A stretch of 60,000 bases of DNA from Lama glama (taxonomy: Eukaryota): contig CM052832.1 of NCBI GenBank assembly GCA_028534125.1, positions 12,588,001 through 12,648,000 of the forward strand, read 5' to 3'. The notes below the pieces were generated by a model, which was not told the origin of the DNA, did no database searches, and worked only from the letters and a program-made list of their open reading frames with translations. Shown piece after piece: positions 27,016 to 40,276 of the stretch; positions within the stretch are counted from its first letter, which is position 1, and every line of letters begins with the position of its first letter. A program made the translations under genes and the position numbers.

Positions 27016-27515
27016 NNNNNNNNNNNNNNNNNNNNNNNNNNNNNNNNNNNNNNNNNNNNNNNNNNNNNNNNNNNNNNNNNNNNNNNNNNNNNNNNNNNNN
27101 NNNNNNNNNNNNNNNNNNNNNNNNNNNNNNNNNNNNNNNNNNNNNNNNNNNNNNNNNNNNNNNNNNNNNNNNNNNNNNNNNNNNNNNNNNNNNNNNNNNN
27201 NNNNNNNNNNNNNNNNNNNNNNNNNNNNNNNNNNNNNNNNNNNNNNNNNNNNNNNNNNNNNNNNNNNNNNNNNNNNNNNNNNNNNNNNNNNNNNNNNNNN
27301 NNNNNNNNNNNNNNNNNNNNNNNNNNNNNNNNNNNNNNNNNNNNNNNNNNNNNNNNNNNNNNNNNNNNNNNNNNNNNNNNNNNNNNNNNNNNNNNNNNNN
27401 NNNNNNNNNNNNNNNNNNNNNNNNNNNNNNNNNNNNNNNNNNNNNNNNNNNNNNNNNNNNNNNNNNNNNNNNNNNNNNNNNNNNNNNNNNNNNNNNNNNN
27501 NNNNNNNNNNNNNNN
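27016..27515. other. Assembly gap (exactly 500 N)
   Basis: N run; fixed-size placeholder. Confidence 1.
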
Positions 27516-27910
27516 TCTCTCAAGTGCCCAGATAACAGTGTCTCATGCATACTTCCTGAGTCTTCCAGGTGCTAAAAATCACCACCAAATTGAAGAAATT
27601 AACTACCTGATGATTGTGAGCACGTGGCCCCCAGACCTTCTTGTGCCTTGGGCTTGATAGCGTTGACCTCCCTGTTACCTCTGCAATAATCAGAGAATTG
27701 TACACAGCTGATCACACACCCTCAGACCCTTTCTCCCTTCACTGGCCCTTGAAAGTGCTTTGCTGAAACCCTTTGGGGAGGTCAGGTTTTTGGGGGCACA
27801 AGCCACACATTCTCCTTGCTCAGTCCGCAATAAACTTTACTTTGCTCCAAATTCTGGCATTTCAGGTTGTTTGGCTTCATTGTGCAATAAGCACAAAAAC
27901 TTGTGTAACG
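27516..27910 (+). mobile_element. ERV-type LTR, 3' part, truncated by the gap
   Basis: LTR-like layout with AATAAA at 27829-27834, a T-rich U5-like segment and a ...TGTGTAAC end. Family not determined. Confidence 0.6.
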
Positions 27911-29418
27911 GAGGGGAGATACAGCCATGTCCACAGGGAGCCCCAGTCTGAGGGGTAACACAGCCCTGCCAAAAGGGAGCCCCAGTCTGAGGGGAGACAC
28001 AGCCCTTCACAGGAGCCCTTGTTTAGTAGAGACACAGCCTTGCTTTAAGGACGCCCCAGTTTGGTGGGAAAAACAGTCCTGCCCTTGGGAAACCAGATTT
28101 GAGGGGAGACACAGCCACACTCTTAGGAACCCCAATCTGAGGGTAATACTCAGTCCTTCGAAAAGGAACCCCAGAAAAAGGTGGAGACACAGCCCTGCCC
28201 ACAGGGACCACAGTCTGAGGGGAGACACAGCCCAGTCCTCAGGGAGCAACATTCCGAGAAGAGACACAGCCCTGCCCTCAGGGAGCCTTTGTCTCAGGCA
28301 GACATACAGCCCTTCACAGGAGCCATTCTTTAGTAGACACAGCCCTGATTTAAGGAAGCCCCAGTTGGGTGGGAGAAACAGTCCTGTCCTCAGGGAAACC
28401 AGATTTGAGGACACAGTCCTGCCCTCAGGAAGCCCTAGTCTGAGGGGAGACACAGCCCTGCCTTCAGGGAACCTGAGTCTGAGGAGAGACACAGCCCGTT
28501 CTTGGGGAGCCCCAGTGTGATGGGGACAGACAGGCCTTCACAGGAGACCTTCTTAAGTAGAGACACAGCCCTGCTTTCAGGAAGCCCCCACTTTGGTGGG
28601 AGAAACAGTCCTGCCCTTGGGAAACCAGTTTTGAGGGGAGACACAGCCACACTCTCAGGGACCCCAGTCTGAGGGGAGACACTGCCCTGCCCTCTGGGAC
28701 CCCCAAGCTGAGGGGAGACAGAGCCCTGACTTCAGGGATCCTGAATCTGAAGGGAGACACAGCCCATACATAGGCACCACAGTCTTAGGAAAAAAACACC
28801 CCCGCCCTCAGGGAGCCCCTGTCTGAAGGGGAGACACAGCTCATTCTCAGGGACCCCATCTGAGTCGGACATACAGCCCTTCCCAGGAGCCCTTGTTTAG
28901 TAGAGATATAGCCCTGCTTTTAGGAAGCCCCAGTTTGGTGGGAGAAGCAGTCCTGCCCTCAGGGAAACCAGATTTCAGGGGAGACACAGCCACACCCTCA
29001 GGGACCCCAAACTGAGGGATACACTCAGTCTTTCCACATGGAACCCCAGAAAAAGGTGGAGACACAGCCCCGCCCACAGGGACCCTGACTGATTGGAGAC
29101 ACAGCCCTGCCTTCAGGGAACCTCAGTCTGAGAGGAGACACAGCCCGTCCTCAGGGACACCCTGTGTGAGGCAGACATTCAGCACTTCACAGGTGCTCTT
29201 GTTTAGTAGAGATACAACCCTGCTTTTAGAAGCCCCAGTTTGGTGGGAGAAACAGTCCTGTCCTCAGGGAAATCAGATTTGATGGGAGACACAGCCACAT
29301 TCTCAGGGACCCCATACTGAGGGGAACACTCAGTCCTTCCACAACGAACCCCAGATAAAGGTGGAGACACAGCCTTGACCTCAGGGAGCCCCAGTCTGAG
29401 GGGAGACACAGCCCTGCC
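27911..29418 (+). repeat. GC-rich minisatellite with ~38-bp monomer GAGGGGAGACACAGCCCTGCCCTCAGGGAGCCCCAGTCT (~40 diverged copies) and higher-order units
   Basis: The monomer is directly visible. The diagnostic AGTAGA variant recurs at about 28025, 28332, 28556, 28899 and 29205. Confidence 0.93.
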
Positions 29419-32299
29419 GCTGGCGCACTGCCAGGACTCATGTTTCAGGGTTTTTGCCACTTGCCTGCCTCTTGGAGTCTGGGGCGAGCAGTTCATGGAT
29501 TGGGGGTGAGCCTGGGTATCAGGGTTCCCTAGTGTTTTGGAGAGAGATAGCCACAGACATATGCTCAGTCCCACAAACAAATAGGACTCTGTCACTGAGG
29601 ATTCCATTAACCCCTTGTAGGAGCACCCTTACTCTTCATTGCTCAGGAACACCCCACCCCCTCATTTCATTCAATCCCGGAGCTGGAAGACCCTTCAAAC
29701 ACGCCCACCCTGACCCCTCGATTTACAGGGAAACGGACTCAGTTGGGGCTAACTTATTTAAGGTCACAAACCAGGATTTGGATCCAAGCATCCCTGTCCC
29801 TCCTCACTTCCTGGGCTCAGTCTCTGTCTCTCTCCACCTTTCCTCAGCCCCTTTCTCTCCCTCTCTCCCATGGAATCAGGACCCCTTCTCTGATCCTAGT
29901 CTTGAGGCAGAGATCAGCAGAGGCCTGGATGTTTCTAGTCAAGGGTCTGAGAGTTTCTGAGGGTCTTTCTGCCACCTGGGTTGGAAAGGAGACTGGGAAG
30001 ATCCCAAAGGCAGTTTTTACCTGTCCCTTCTAGGCCCTGCCCAGGCCGCACAGGCCAGCCCTCCTGCTCCCCTCCTGGTGGGATGTATTTGCCCACACAC
30101 TCACCCTAGTTGGAGTGAGGCCCCCTTAAATGACCCTGCATACATGAGAGGCAGGGAGGTGCCAGCACTGCACAGGGGCTGCCAGTGCCATGGTGTCCCA
30201 GAGAGAACGTGCACATGCACTCTTGTGTGCCAGCACCCACGCGCACATGCACACACTCATAGGGAGGTTGGACATACCTCAAATGTTCGTGCTTGTTGCT
30301 GGAAGTCATGTTATTCTTTGTCCTCGGGATTTCTCTTAGTCAAAACGTGACTTGACATCCCCACCTCCTCAACCCTGATCATTACAATCCAATTCTTCCT
30401 TTCCTCTCAATTGTCTGAGTGTTTTTATTTAAATAAATCAGCAGGAAAAGATTTCAAGGCCCAAGTTCAAAGCCCTGTCTCAATCTCTGTGATGTATAGT
30501 TATACAAATAATGCTAAGAACAGAAAGTGACCTTTACTTCTAATCTATAGTCCTTGATGACTTCTGGCTTTTGAGAAAATAGATTTTTTTTCCTGGTTAT
30601 TAAAAATAATACATGTTCATGTAAAAATGGTCAGACAGTACAGAAAAGTCTAAAGATGTGAGTCAGAATGATCTGAAATTTCTCCAGTGAGATAACAACA
30701 GATAACTCAGTGAATATTCTTCTGGACTTAGAGGAAATGCACATACACAAATACACAGAGATATTTTTACACAAAAAAAATGTGAGAGTACGAGGCATGC
30801 TCTTTTCTAATCTGCTTTTCTCTCTCAACAGTATATCATGGGCATCTCTAAAAGGCAGCAGCGACTCCCACTGTGTGGACATTTGGCACTCTCAGCCTCT
30901 CTGACTCATGTTTTACTCTACTTCTCACTGCCTTGTGGTTGAGAGTGAATTGGTGGGTGCTCTGGGGGGTGGGGGCACTGAGAGTGGGGCTCTACTTAGG
31001 GCAGCCTGTGTAAATGGAATGAGGACTTGCAAAGTGCTGAGTCCATTTGGCTGAGCTTTGGCTGGTCTCTGGAGGCCAGAGAGAAATGGGAAACTCAAAA
31101 CATTTTTAAAGATCAAAACTACTAGAGAGAGACAGGGTGATGGATCCAGTGGTAGGATTTGCATTTGAGGGGCCTGCCAAGTTGACCTCAGAGCCGGGAG
31201 ACGGGCTGGGCACTGATGGGGCTGCACGAAAGAAAGGAATCTGGGAGCAGGCAGTTCAAGAAGCAGCATAGAGGGGAATCCTCCACCCGGGGTTGGGGTG
31301 ACTTCAAGGAGAAGAGTTTCGACTTTTTTCTTGGATTTATTTATACCCAACCTCTTTCTAAAAAGGTGTTATGGTAGCTTTCCACAAAGGACATTTACAA
31401 AAAGGTCAGGCAGCTAGAAATAGAAAATCAGGACCAGGGACAATTTTCATCTGAAGCAGAGGGCCATACAGGAAAGGGCCCTGCTTCTCCCAGCTCCTGG
31501 GAATAAACTGGTGAGAAAAACAGAATAATCCCAAAGGGGAGGAAGAGAAGGAGAGGACCTGGCTGACATGAACAAACATTGCACCACAGTCAAAAAACCT
31601 AGATATGCCTCCAGGTTCTTCCCCTCCTAACCTGCATGAGCTTGGGTAACTACGGCACTTTTCTGAGCACCAGTTTCCTCATCTGTAAACATGAAAACAA
31701 AAATATCTGAGTCACTCTAAGTGCATAACTCAAGACTCTGTTCCTGGAAGTTACCTGACCTACCTATATAATTTGCACTGAGACCTGTCCTTGGACAGGG
31801 TCACTTTCATAGGGCACATACTGCACAACTGTTCCTCTGGGGACAGACGGTCACTTGAGGAATAGCGAAAGAGGGAAGAACAAAGGAAGTATGTTTATGG
31901 TGCCTGCCAGCCACCTGCCCCTATGAAGTGGGTCCACCCACAGCCTATCTAGAAGCAGCAGCTCCCAGGCACCCATGTTTTATATTCATGACTCCTTCCT
32001 CCAACCCAGCTGACTGAGTCAGGATGACTCTTAACCTAACAGCAACCAATCAGAAGGTTTCCCAGTGATGTATGTATGACTGGGCACAAAATGGTGGGCC
32101 AGTCCAGTGGGCTCTTTCTCTAGAGAGGCTGAGTCAGTGAATGCTGGGAGCTGTCCCTGGAAGGTCATGAGGGAGAGTTGGAGCTGGAGAGGTCATGATG
32201 TCCAGAAAGCAGAAGTAATGAAGGAAGAGACACTAAGAGTCAGAAGAGAACTGCGTGGGCAAAAGGAAGCAGATGCTGGAAAGTGGCTGAATCACGGCA

Positions 32300-32812
32300 G
32301 GGTGGTTATCTATTGCTGTTGTAACCAACCACCCCTAACCTTGGGGACTTAAAACAATAATTATATTTATTATACCCCATGACTTCGTGGGTCAGGAATT
32401 TGGGTGGAGCTGGACTGGTCAATTCTTCTGTTCCCTGAGGCATCGACAGAGGTGTTCACCTGGTGGATGGGCTGGTCTGGAGGGTCCAAGAAAGCTTCAC
32501 TGCCATGTCTGCTGCTGTGTGGGGGTCCGGGCTGAAGTCTGGGTTCAGCTGGGCTGATCAACTGGAGCCCCTCACGGGACCTCTCCCACAAATTGGTCTC
32601 AGGGGAGTTGGACATCCTACGTGGTGGTTCATGGCTCCCAGAGAGAACATTCCAAGAGGACTGAGCTGAAGCTGCAAGGCACCTTCAACTCAAAATGTCA
32701 CATTCTGTTGGTCAGACAAGTCACTAAGACCAACCCATATTCAAGGAGAAAGGAATTAGACGTCCCCTCTCTATAGGTAAGATAACAGAGGATCTGCAGC
32801 CATCTTTACTCT
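32300..32812. mobile_element. MLT1-type MaLR LTR (approximate)
   Basis: tatctattgctg...acttaaaacaata...gtgggtcaggaatttggg...cattctgttggtca...gcagccatcttt. Confidence 0.7.
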
Positions 32813-34228
32813 GCCAGGTGAGGACCCATAAACTCCAAAAACTACCTTGAATCTAGAATACCCATCTGGTTCAAGAAATCCATCCCTATTACAGCTCTTG
32901 TGTTTGGCTTTCTCAGAGTATCTGTACCCCTTCCATAGACGTAGAGCCCCATAATAATGCTCCTGGACTTGAGTGAGCTTGAGTGAATCTCTCTTCCTTG
33001 TACCCAATGAGCCAACCCAAACAGTGGTGGGCTCCAAGCTCAGGAAGAGAAATCCCTGGTGTGGCAGCAAGAAGTTACCCAAGGTGTGAGCTGCTAAAGG
33101 TGGGACGTGGAGCCCCTAGTCTTGTCAACTGTCTGAGCCTCAGTTTCCCCATCTGAAACACAGAAATGAAACTATTTGCTCTACCTGCCTGTTACTACTA
33201 AGTAACACAAAAAACTCTCTTCCTGTCACTTGCCTGATCTCGTGGTACAGTTCATATCATGACACATGAGCCCTTGATTCAGGGTCACTTCACAAACCTT
33301 CATGGGAGAGTGAATTTTCCTCATCACTGCCTGCCTCCGTGATCTTGGCAAGCCTATTTCTCCCAAGGAAACTATAGGAGATGATTGAAATAAGTGATTT
33401 TAAGGACCACCCAGCATGAAGTTTTAGGATTCTGAGAGGTCTGGTAAAAGGGGAAGTTTGGCACAAAATAATTTTGGGATGAATGGGCAGCTAACTGGTG
33501 GTGAATAAGGGAGGCAGCCCCAAGTAGACTGCAGGGGGTTTACGTGGCCAGGACAGGAACACAGTGATTGGGGGAAGGGGGAGAAGGAGCGTGTAGGACA
33601 AATATGGGGGTTGGTGCCAAGAAGGGAAAGAGCAGAGTTGGCACAGGTAGTGGATCAACTTTATTCCTCCTTCTTTGTCTTCTGTCCCCTTCCTTGAGAC
33701 TTCTATGTCTTTTTCACCCTTGGCCTGTGAATATTGTTTCCTCTGCTTGGAAGACTCCTTCTGCCCCAATAGGCTAACTCCAATCATTCTTTAGCTGTCT
33801 CCTAAATGTCTCTTCTTTAGAGAAGTCTTCCCCACAGCCCCAACTCAAATAAGACCTTCTTCTTACCTTTTTCCACAGCACCAGTTTCCTTCACAGCCCC
33901 AATTGTGTCCATAAGGATACATTTCCCAGTGTAATTACGAGCTTAGTGTCCATCTCCCCCACTGAGCAGGAGCTTCCACAAAGGCAGTATTTAGCTAGTA
34001 TTTGTTGAAAGAACAAATGAACGAGGCCACCCGAGTTCGTTGGGTTGGACACCAGGCCGCAGGCCCCCACTGTCCAGGCCACAGAGCAGGATCCACGGTA
34101 TCAGGTACCAAAGGGAAAAACGGCCCCTCCAGGGGCCTAGGGGAGCCCCCTCCAGGCCTGGGCTGCCCATTCCACCCACCTGCCAGCCAACACACACAGC
34201 CTGACCCCGAGAGCTAGAACACTGCAGC

Positions 34229-34234
34229 TTTATT
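34229..34234 (-). terminator. MDGA1: Polyadenylation signal AATAAA
   Basis: tttatt on +. On - it is followed about 30-45 nt later by GGCTGTGTGTGTTGG, a GU-rich element. Confidence 0.7.
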
Positions 34235-36804
34235 GATTGAAACAACCGCGTCCGCAACTAGAGGTTACATTTGGGGGACGTGGGGGTGAAAGGGGGACAA
34301 AATGGGGACAGAGGCTGGGGTGGAGACAGAGAGCAAGGCAAAGGGGTGAGGATGGGGTCGTGTGACTAAAACAACCCCAATACCTTTCACCCATTAATGA
34401 GGGTCTCCTGTTGTGCTTTTACCTTGGTGGTGGGATGGGCCTGGGCATGGAGGGGTTGGCTTTCTCCCAAGTCTTTGAGGCCTCAGGGCTGGAGCAGTCC
34501 CCTCGTTCCCCTGTCCCTTCTCCTGGGTTGGGGATAAAGGCCTTGGTGAGCTGCCCACCCTGGGGCAGGAAGGATGCTTGGAGACCACCCAGGGAAGAGG
34601 GGTCAGCAGAACTGGGCTGAGATGGTGATTATGTAGGTGGCTGGGAGCGGGGGAGGTGCCAGGGGGAGGTGCCAGGAGGTGGGGCATTCCCAGTGGGGCC
34701 CCTGGGAAATGAATATAGGTGACATGAGGTGAGGGGACAGTGGTAGGCAAGTGCCATCTCTCTGGACCTCAGCTTTCTCACCTGTACAGTGGGGGCACTG
34801 GATTAGATGTTCTCTAAGGTCCCTTCCAGCTCTAAGGATCAAGAAGACCCCAAGAAAGAGTGGTCCTTCTGCCCCAACACACACCCTCACACACACCTTC
34901 TCTCATATGCACAAACACAACGGCACTGACTCAACAGAGAGGGGGCTGCTATCCTGCCTTTGGAATTGGGGAGGGCTCCCCTGAACCCAGAATCTCAACC
35001 AGTGGCCCTGTGGGAACTCTCTTGAGCAGGTTTACCCACCCCATTCCAGGGACAGACCCTGAAAATACCCCCTAACCCCTTTGAGCTGTCTGGGGAGAGG
35101 AAAACACAAGGATTATCCCTGCTCTCCCAGGCTCCCCTGGACCGTAGAGGGAAGTCAATGAGATGAGGACACCAGGACACACTGAATTTCATTCCCAGCC
35201 CAGGCTCGTGTGAAGACAGAGGGGAGGGGAAACAGAGTCCCTTTCATCTGGGAGCCTGGGGGAGGGGCAGCAGCTTCAACCAGTGCGGGCAGAGGGTGGT
35301 AGTCTCCATGAGGCACCCAGGCCTGAACTGGGCAGGAGGAGCTGTGGCCTGGGATGCGAGGCCAGATCTGGGGGCAAGGATAGTACCTCTCCCAGTGCAG
35401 GGCCCAGTAACAACTGTAATATCTGCACAGGCACCAGGAGACAGGGCTGTTTGACCAAGCTCCTCCTTGTTGCCTGGCAGGAAACCCCAGGGGCAATGAC
35501 CAGAGGTGTGACACCCTCAGGGCTGTAATACCTGGCTTCCAAGGCTGGCTTCATGTTAACTGACTGTGTGACCTTGGGCCAGTCCCTTTCCCTCTCTGGT
35601 CTTCACTCTCATTCAGACCATGAGGAGTTTGGACTAGTACTGTCCCAGCACTGTCAACCTGAGCCAGGGGCTTTGGAGGGACACAGGGAGAAAGGAAAAT
35701 GAATGAGAAGGCGGAGTCAGAGCTATCCCAGAGAGGGTGGAGGTGGGCGGAGCACCCCAGGAGGAGGGGGCTTGGTCTACAGGCTCAGCTTGGCATGCCT
35801 GGTGACTGGTTATGGTCCCAGAGCAGACAGCCAAGCTGAGACTCCCTCTCTCCTACTTAAACAACAGCTGGCCCCAGGAGTCCCTTTGTCCCCCAGACAC
35901 CAACCTGAAGGGGACAGGGGTGGAGGACCCCAACACCCTGAAGGTTGACCCTGGACTCCCCATTTTAAGGCCACAAAATGCCTCAGCCACCCTGACCCAG
36001 AGGGCGAGACTACCACTGGGGAGATGCACTGGATCCAGCCAGCCTGGTCTCCCCTGGGCTGGGGGTCCTCACGGGCCACCTACCAACACACAGTTGCTGA
36101 CAGTCACTGACACACGAGGACACACACGGCACACCCAACACTGACACAGAGGGGCTGACTCATAGGCACACACAGACACTCAAACACTCACAAGTCACCT
36201 GACGACACACATAGACACTTATTCCTTGCAGCCCCCCTCGTACACACACACACATGCTGGCACACTCTAGGTGCTCACGTCACACACACAGTTAAGGTGA
36301 GCATGCACTGACACCCACATCCCCTGCAGACGAGCTGGCACACACAGACACACGTGAGGACCAAGGACCTCAGCAGCTCACTCAGGCACATTGCTAGCCC
36401 AGGTCAAGCCACCCTCAAGTCAGTGCTGCCCAGGCCCACCTTGACCTCCCTCTGGCACTGTTCCCTGTTGCTCATTTGTCCTGTACTCTCTGTCCATGTG
36501 ACCATGTTCCCTCTCTCCAAACAGACCAGGAACTCGGGGGCAGCATGTTTGCAGTTCAGCTCAGCCAACATATGCTGAGTCCCTTTTCTGTATCCAGCTC
36601 TACAGATGTGTCGGTGAACAAGGGAGACAGGGTCCCCTTCACAGAGCAGTCAGAGAGGGGACAGATGCACTCAAAAGTCATCTGAGGGCAGTAGGCACAG
36701 GGCACCACGGAGCCCCAAGGAGGAAGTGCTCCCGGCTACCAATCTCTGAATCTCCAGCACCCACCCCAGTGAGGGCACGGAGGAAGCACCTGACAGGTGA
36801 TAGG

Positions 36805-36970
36805 CCAGTGGTTCCCACTCTCAGGTTCTCCAGAGGAGCTTTTAAACATTTCTGATGCCAGGCTGCACTTCAGTCCAATTAAACTGGAACCTCTAGGGAG
36901 GGCCCAGCACTGGTGCTTTCTAAAAGACTCTCTGGTAGTCCTATTCTGCAGACAGGCTGGGAACCACTGA
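36805..36970. mobile_element. MER5-type element inside the 3'UTR
   Basis: Inverted termini cagtggttccca ... tgggaaccactg; internal ccaattaaactggaacctct. Confidence 0.7.
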
Positions 36971-38895
36971 TTTATATAATCCATCCCACTGGGCAAAGCC
37001 CGCTGAGCGATTCCATAACAGGCCTACTTGTGCTGGGCATGAGGTTGGGATGGGGTGAGGGAGAGGATTGGAAGGCTCAGAGGAGGAGCTCACAGTCTAG
37101 TTGGGGAAACAGACCCTGTGCAGATGGGACAACTAAGGAACAATACCCAGCAGACATGATGGAAGCATGTTCTGGGAACCTGGAGCCACTCATTTCGGAC
37201 AGAGACCTTGGCTGGGCTGGGAAGGCAGCCACGCTGGTCAGGTAACAGAAGGCCCCACTCCAGCCCTGGCCTGGCCACCCACCAGCTGTTGGTGATGATG
37301 ATAACACAGGCCTGGCAGAGCTGAGACGGGCAGCGTTTGCTTTGGTTTCCTGCCTGCCTTCTGGCATCACAGTGCTGCCTCTTTTCTGCAGCTGTCCCCA
37401 CCAAATGCTCCAGGAGGAGCCCTATGACACACCCCCAACTAAAGGTGCTTGCATTTCTGTTGGGTCATCGTAAGCTCTTTGTCAACCATAGGGGATAAAA
37501 GGTAGAAATTCAGGTGGTCGGAGGCCACTTGAGATTATAGAATAGGGCTGAAGTGGCATATTTGGCCAGCACTCCGCAAACATACGTGAAACTCACGAAG
37601 ATAGACACGCACAGGCACTCACAGAGATGGGGGTTAGTCCCAGCCTCACAAACAGATATGTATAATTGCACACACAGCCCCATATTTGCACACTCTCCTG
37701 CCAGAGATGTACCCACGGTGGTACACAGACACAGATGGGTCCACACACATGGTCACACGTGCGCGCGCACACACACACGGCCACATGCACACGTCCATGA
37801 CAAATCATCCTGAAGGGGGCTGGGCCCTCTCTGTCCCATGGACATCTGGGTAAGGGGCTCAGGGGTGATGGTGAGGAGGAGGTCTAGGTCCCATCATGCC
37901 TGTCTCAGCCTCCCAACCCAGCACCCAAGGTTGGGGAATGAGGCTCAACTCCCAGGGAGCATGGTGACCAGCAACTGCCCCACACACCACCCCCGGCTCT
38001 ACAAACCCCTCCTTCTTCACTGACCCTGGGCGGGGAAGGGAACAGTCCAGTAGACAGTGCTTTGAGATGGAGGGGGAAAGGAAGCCTCCCTACAAACACC
38101 CCCATCCAGGGCACCCCTTCACGGCAAGTATATAAGAAATGGAGGCTCCTCTACTCCTAAAATCAGTGTCCAATATGGGGGTATGAAATCACAAAAGCAG
38201 GACTTCTCCTCTGTTCCTCTCAAAGTCAAGCTTCACCCCAGAAAATGGCCTGGCCACCAACCCTTCCCCCTGGCTCCTCGGGGATGCAGCTGGGGGCTGA
38301 GGTTAGGCCAACAGACCAGAGTGGGGACTGTGCTCTCAGGAATGCAGCTGCTTGTGTGGTGGGGTGCAGTGGGAAGGAGAGGATGGGGAACGGATCAGTC
38401 TTCAGACTGCCCAGGCCCAAGACCCTGCACTGGATCCCTTTGAAGGGGGCGCAGTGATGGGGAATATGACGTTCCAGGGATGGGTCAGGGGATCTAGGTG
38501 ACCTGGGGTCTCCAGCTTCTGGCCTTTGCTCTGGGAACAGAGTTTATGCAGCAGGTGCCTCATCTCCCTCATTGTCCCCTGCATGGGGATATTCACAGAG
38601 CTCACAAAGTCTCACCTGGCCCCCCTGACCCCGGCCTCCCCCATCCAGGGAGTCCCAGAGGCCAGCCAAGGGCAGGGCTCCCATGTCTTCTCCCCTTCTA
38701 GCTTCTGGTAAAGCCACTGGGCTGAGCTCAGCCTTGAGTCAGGGACAGGGGAAGGTCAGAAACACACCACAGATGCAGCCAGGACAAGGCCTACATGGCA
38801 CCAAGGTCCCTGGGGTAATGGATGCCATTCAGGCGAGTCCTGTCTCTGCAGTAAAGAAGGTGCTGGCAGGTCAGATAGAAACTTGTGCTTTAATA

Positions 38896-38921
38896 TGTGT
38901 GTGTGTGTGTGTGTGTGTGTG
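38896..38921. repeat. (TG)13 microsatellite in the proximal 3'UTR (CA repeat in the mRNA)
   Basis: Directly visible. Confidence 0.95.
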
Positions 38922-39112
38922 TCGAACAACTGTCTCAGGCCTCAGTGCCAGGCCTCTGTCCTTGTTCTCTGCTCATCCTCGCAGCCAGTGCAGGCCCCTT
39001 CCCTGGCAGGCGGCCCTGCCCCTGGGCACCCCGGCTGGCGGGGGTCAGTCTTTGGTAAGATGCAGACACTTTGGTGTGCCGGGGGCGGGGTGGGGGGGCC
39101 ATGAAGCACTCA

Positions 39113-39204
39113 TCATCTCTGCAACGCCAAGAGGAAGATGGCCATGGGCCCCCAGAGCTGCGGGCGGGGTTGGCAGGGGGCTCCACTGCCCGGCATCACA
39201 ACCA
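39113..39204 (-). CDS. MDGA1: MDGA1 exon 17 coding part (GPI signal VVVMPGSGAPCQPRPQLWGPMAIFLLALQR*)
   Basis: 92 nt to TGA, followed by a second TGA. Small residues, then a spacer and hydrophobic tail, as expected for a GPI signal. Confidence 0.93.
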
Positions 39205-39990
39205 CTGTGACAAGAGAGAAAAGGGAGACAGGCCAGGACTCCCGTCAGCTCAGCAGGGCCATAGGAGGAGCAGGAATGCAGGCCATGGGGGGGCCATTAC
39301 TCTGTCCCTCTCTCTGGGGCGCCTGGAGGTGGGCACGGCCCTCTGTGCACAGAGACACACTCGTAAGACATGAGATGGTGTGGTGTGGGGGTTAACTCTG
39401 CCTGCCAAGATCCAAATCCTGGCTCTGCGGCTCACTAAGACAAAGAGCAATTCACTCAATATCAGTGGCCTCAGTTTCCTCATCTGTAAAATGAGTCTAA
39501 TAGTAAAAGCCACCCCAGAGGACTGTTGTGAGGAATGAATGAGATCATGCATATTACAGGTGTGTGTACCTTGCCTGGTACACCATAATCACTTGGTAAA
39601 TGCAAGCTGTTATTATTGCTTGCATTTACCTGGCTCCCAGCGGGGGAAGTAGGAGGGGGTGCATGTTCACATCTGGATTCCCCTACCCACAACACACACA
39701 GATGTACCCAGACAGAGATGCTGCTACTGTAAACAACTTAGTAAGCTCACAGGAGGATCTGGTCATATCACTGTCCTCCATATGTATGTCCCACAGCCTG
39801 AGCCAGGGTGGGGCCCAAGGTGGGTACCTCACATACTGGCACCTGTTCCCACAGTCACTGACACATGCATCCCATCATCCAGCCACTCTAAACTCCCATT
39901 CAGACACCAATGCCTCCCCTGACACCAGTGCCCACCCACATGGCCCCCCATAAGATTCAGCAATCCCCCCACCCTCTTTCCATCCTGCAC

Positions 39991-40099
39991 CTTTATTGGG
40001 ATCCATCTGCTTCCTGGGACACTCTCCCTTCTTCAGTGTGACATCATCTATGGCGATATCCCCCAGGTAGCCCGAGCCTCGAACCCCCTCAAAAATAAT
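39991..40099 (-). CDS. MDGA1: MDGA1 exon 16 (MAM end, IIFEGVRG...DIAIDDV...DPNK)
   Basis: 109 nt; MAM motif GDIAIDDV; donor G|GTGCAG. Confidence 0.95.
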
Positions 40100-40276
40100 C
40101 TGGGGTGGGGTCAAAGAGCAGGAAGCAGGGGTGAGGGAGGTTCTGCACCAGAGGCTTCCAGCCCTTAGCCTCAGTCTACCCGAAAGACCCCCCAATCCCT
40201 GCATGCTTTCCTCCTCAGCTCCCAGAAGCAGAAGCCCGGGGGCCAGGAGAGCAGCGAGGAGCACCGGCGGACTCAC

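Larger units (their letters stand above)
34210..39112 (-). other. MDGA1: MDGA1 long 3'UTR (~4.9 kb, end approximate)
   Basis: Runs from the stop codon to an AATAAA with a GU-rich downstream element; extent is inferred. Confidence 0.65.

Noticed and set aside
26930..27550. ORFs spanning the N gaps (also 58862-59641)
   Set aside because: Artefacts of translating N runs.
27927..28520. 197-aa repetitive ORF and antisense ORFs in the tandem array
   Set aside because: By-products of the minisatellite; frames shift between monomers and there is no splice or promoter support.
27911..29418. CRISPR-like appearance of the ~38-bp repeats
   Set aside because: Monomers are head-to-tail and degenerate with no unique spacers, there are no cas genes, and the DNA is mammalian.
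36700..36720. Partial REST/RE1-like motif GCACCACGGA (also cagcaccgcgg near 7388)
   Set aside because: Only part of the 21-bp consensus matches, and the first lies in L2-like sequence.
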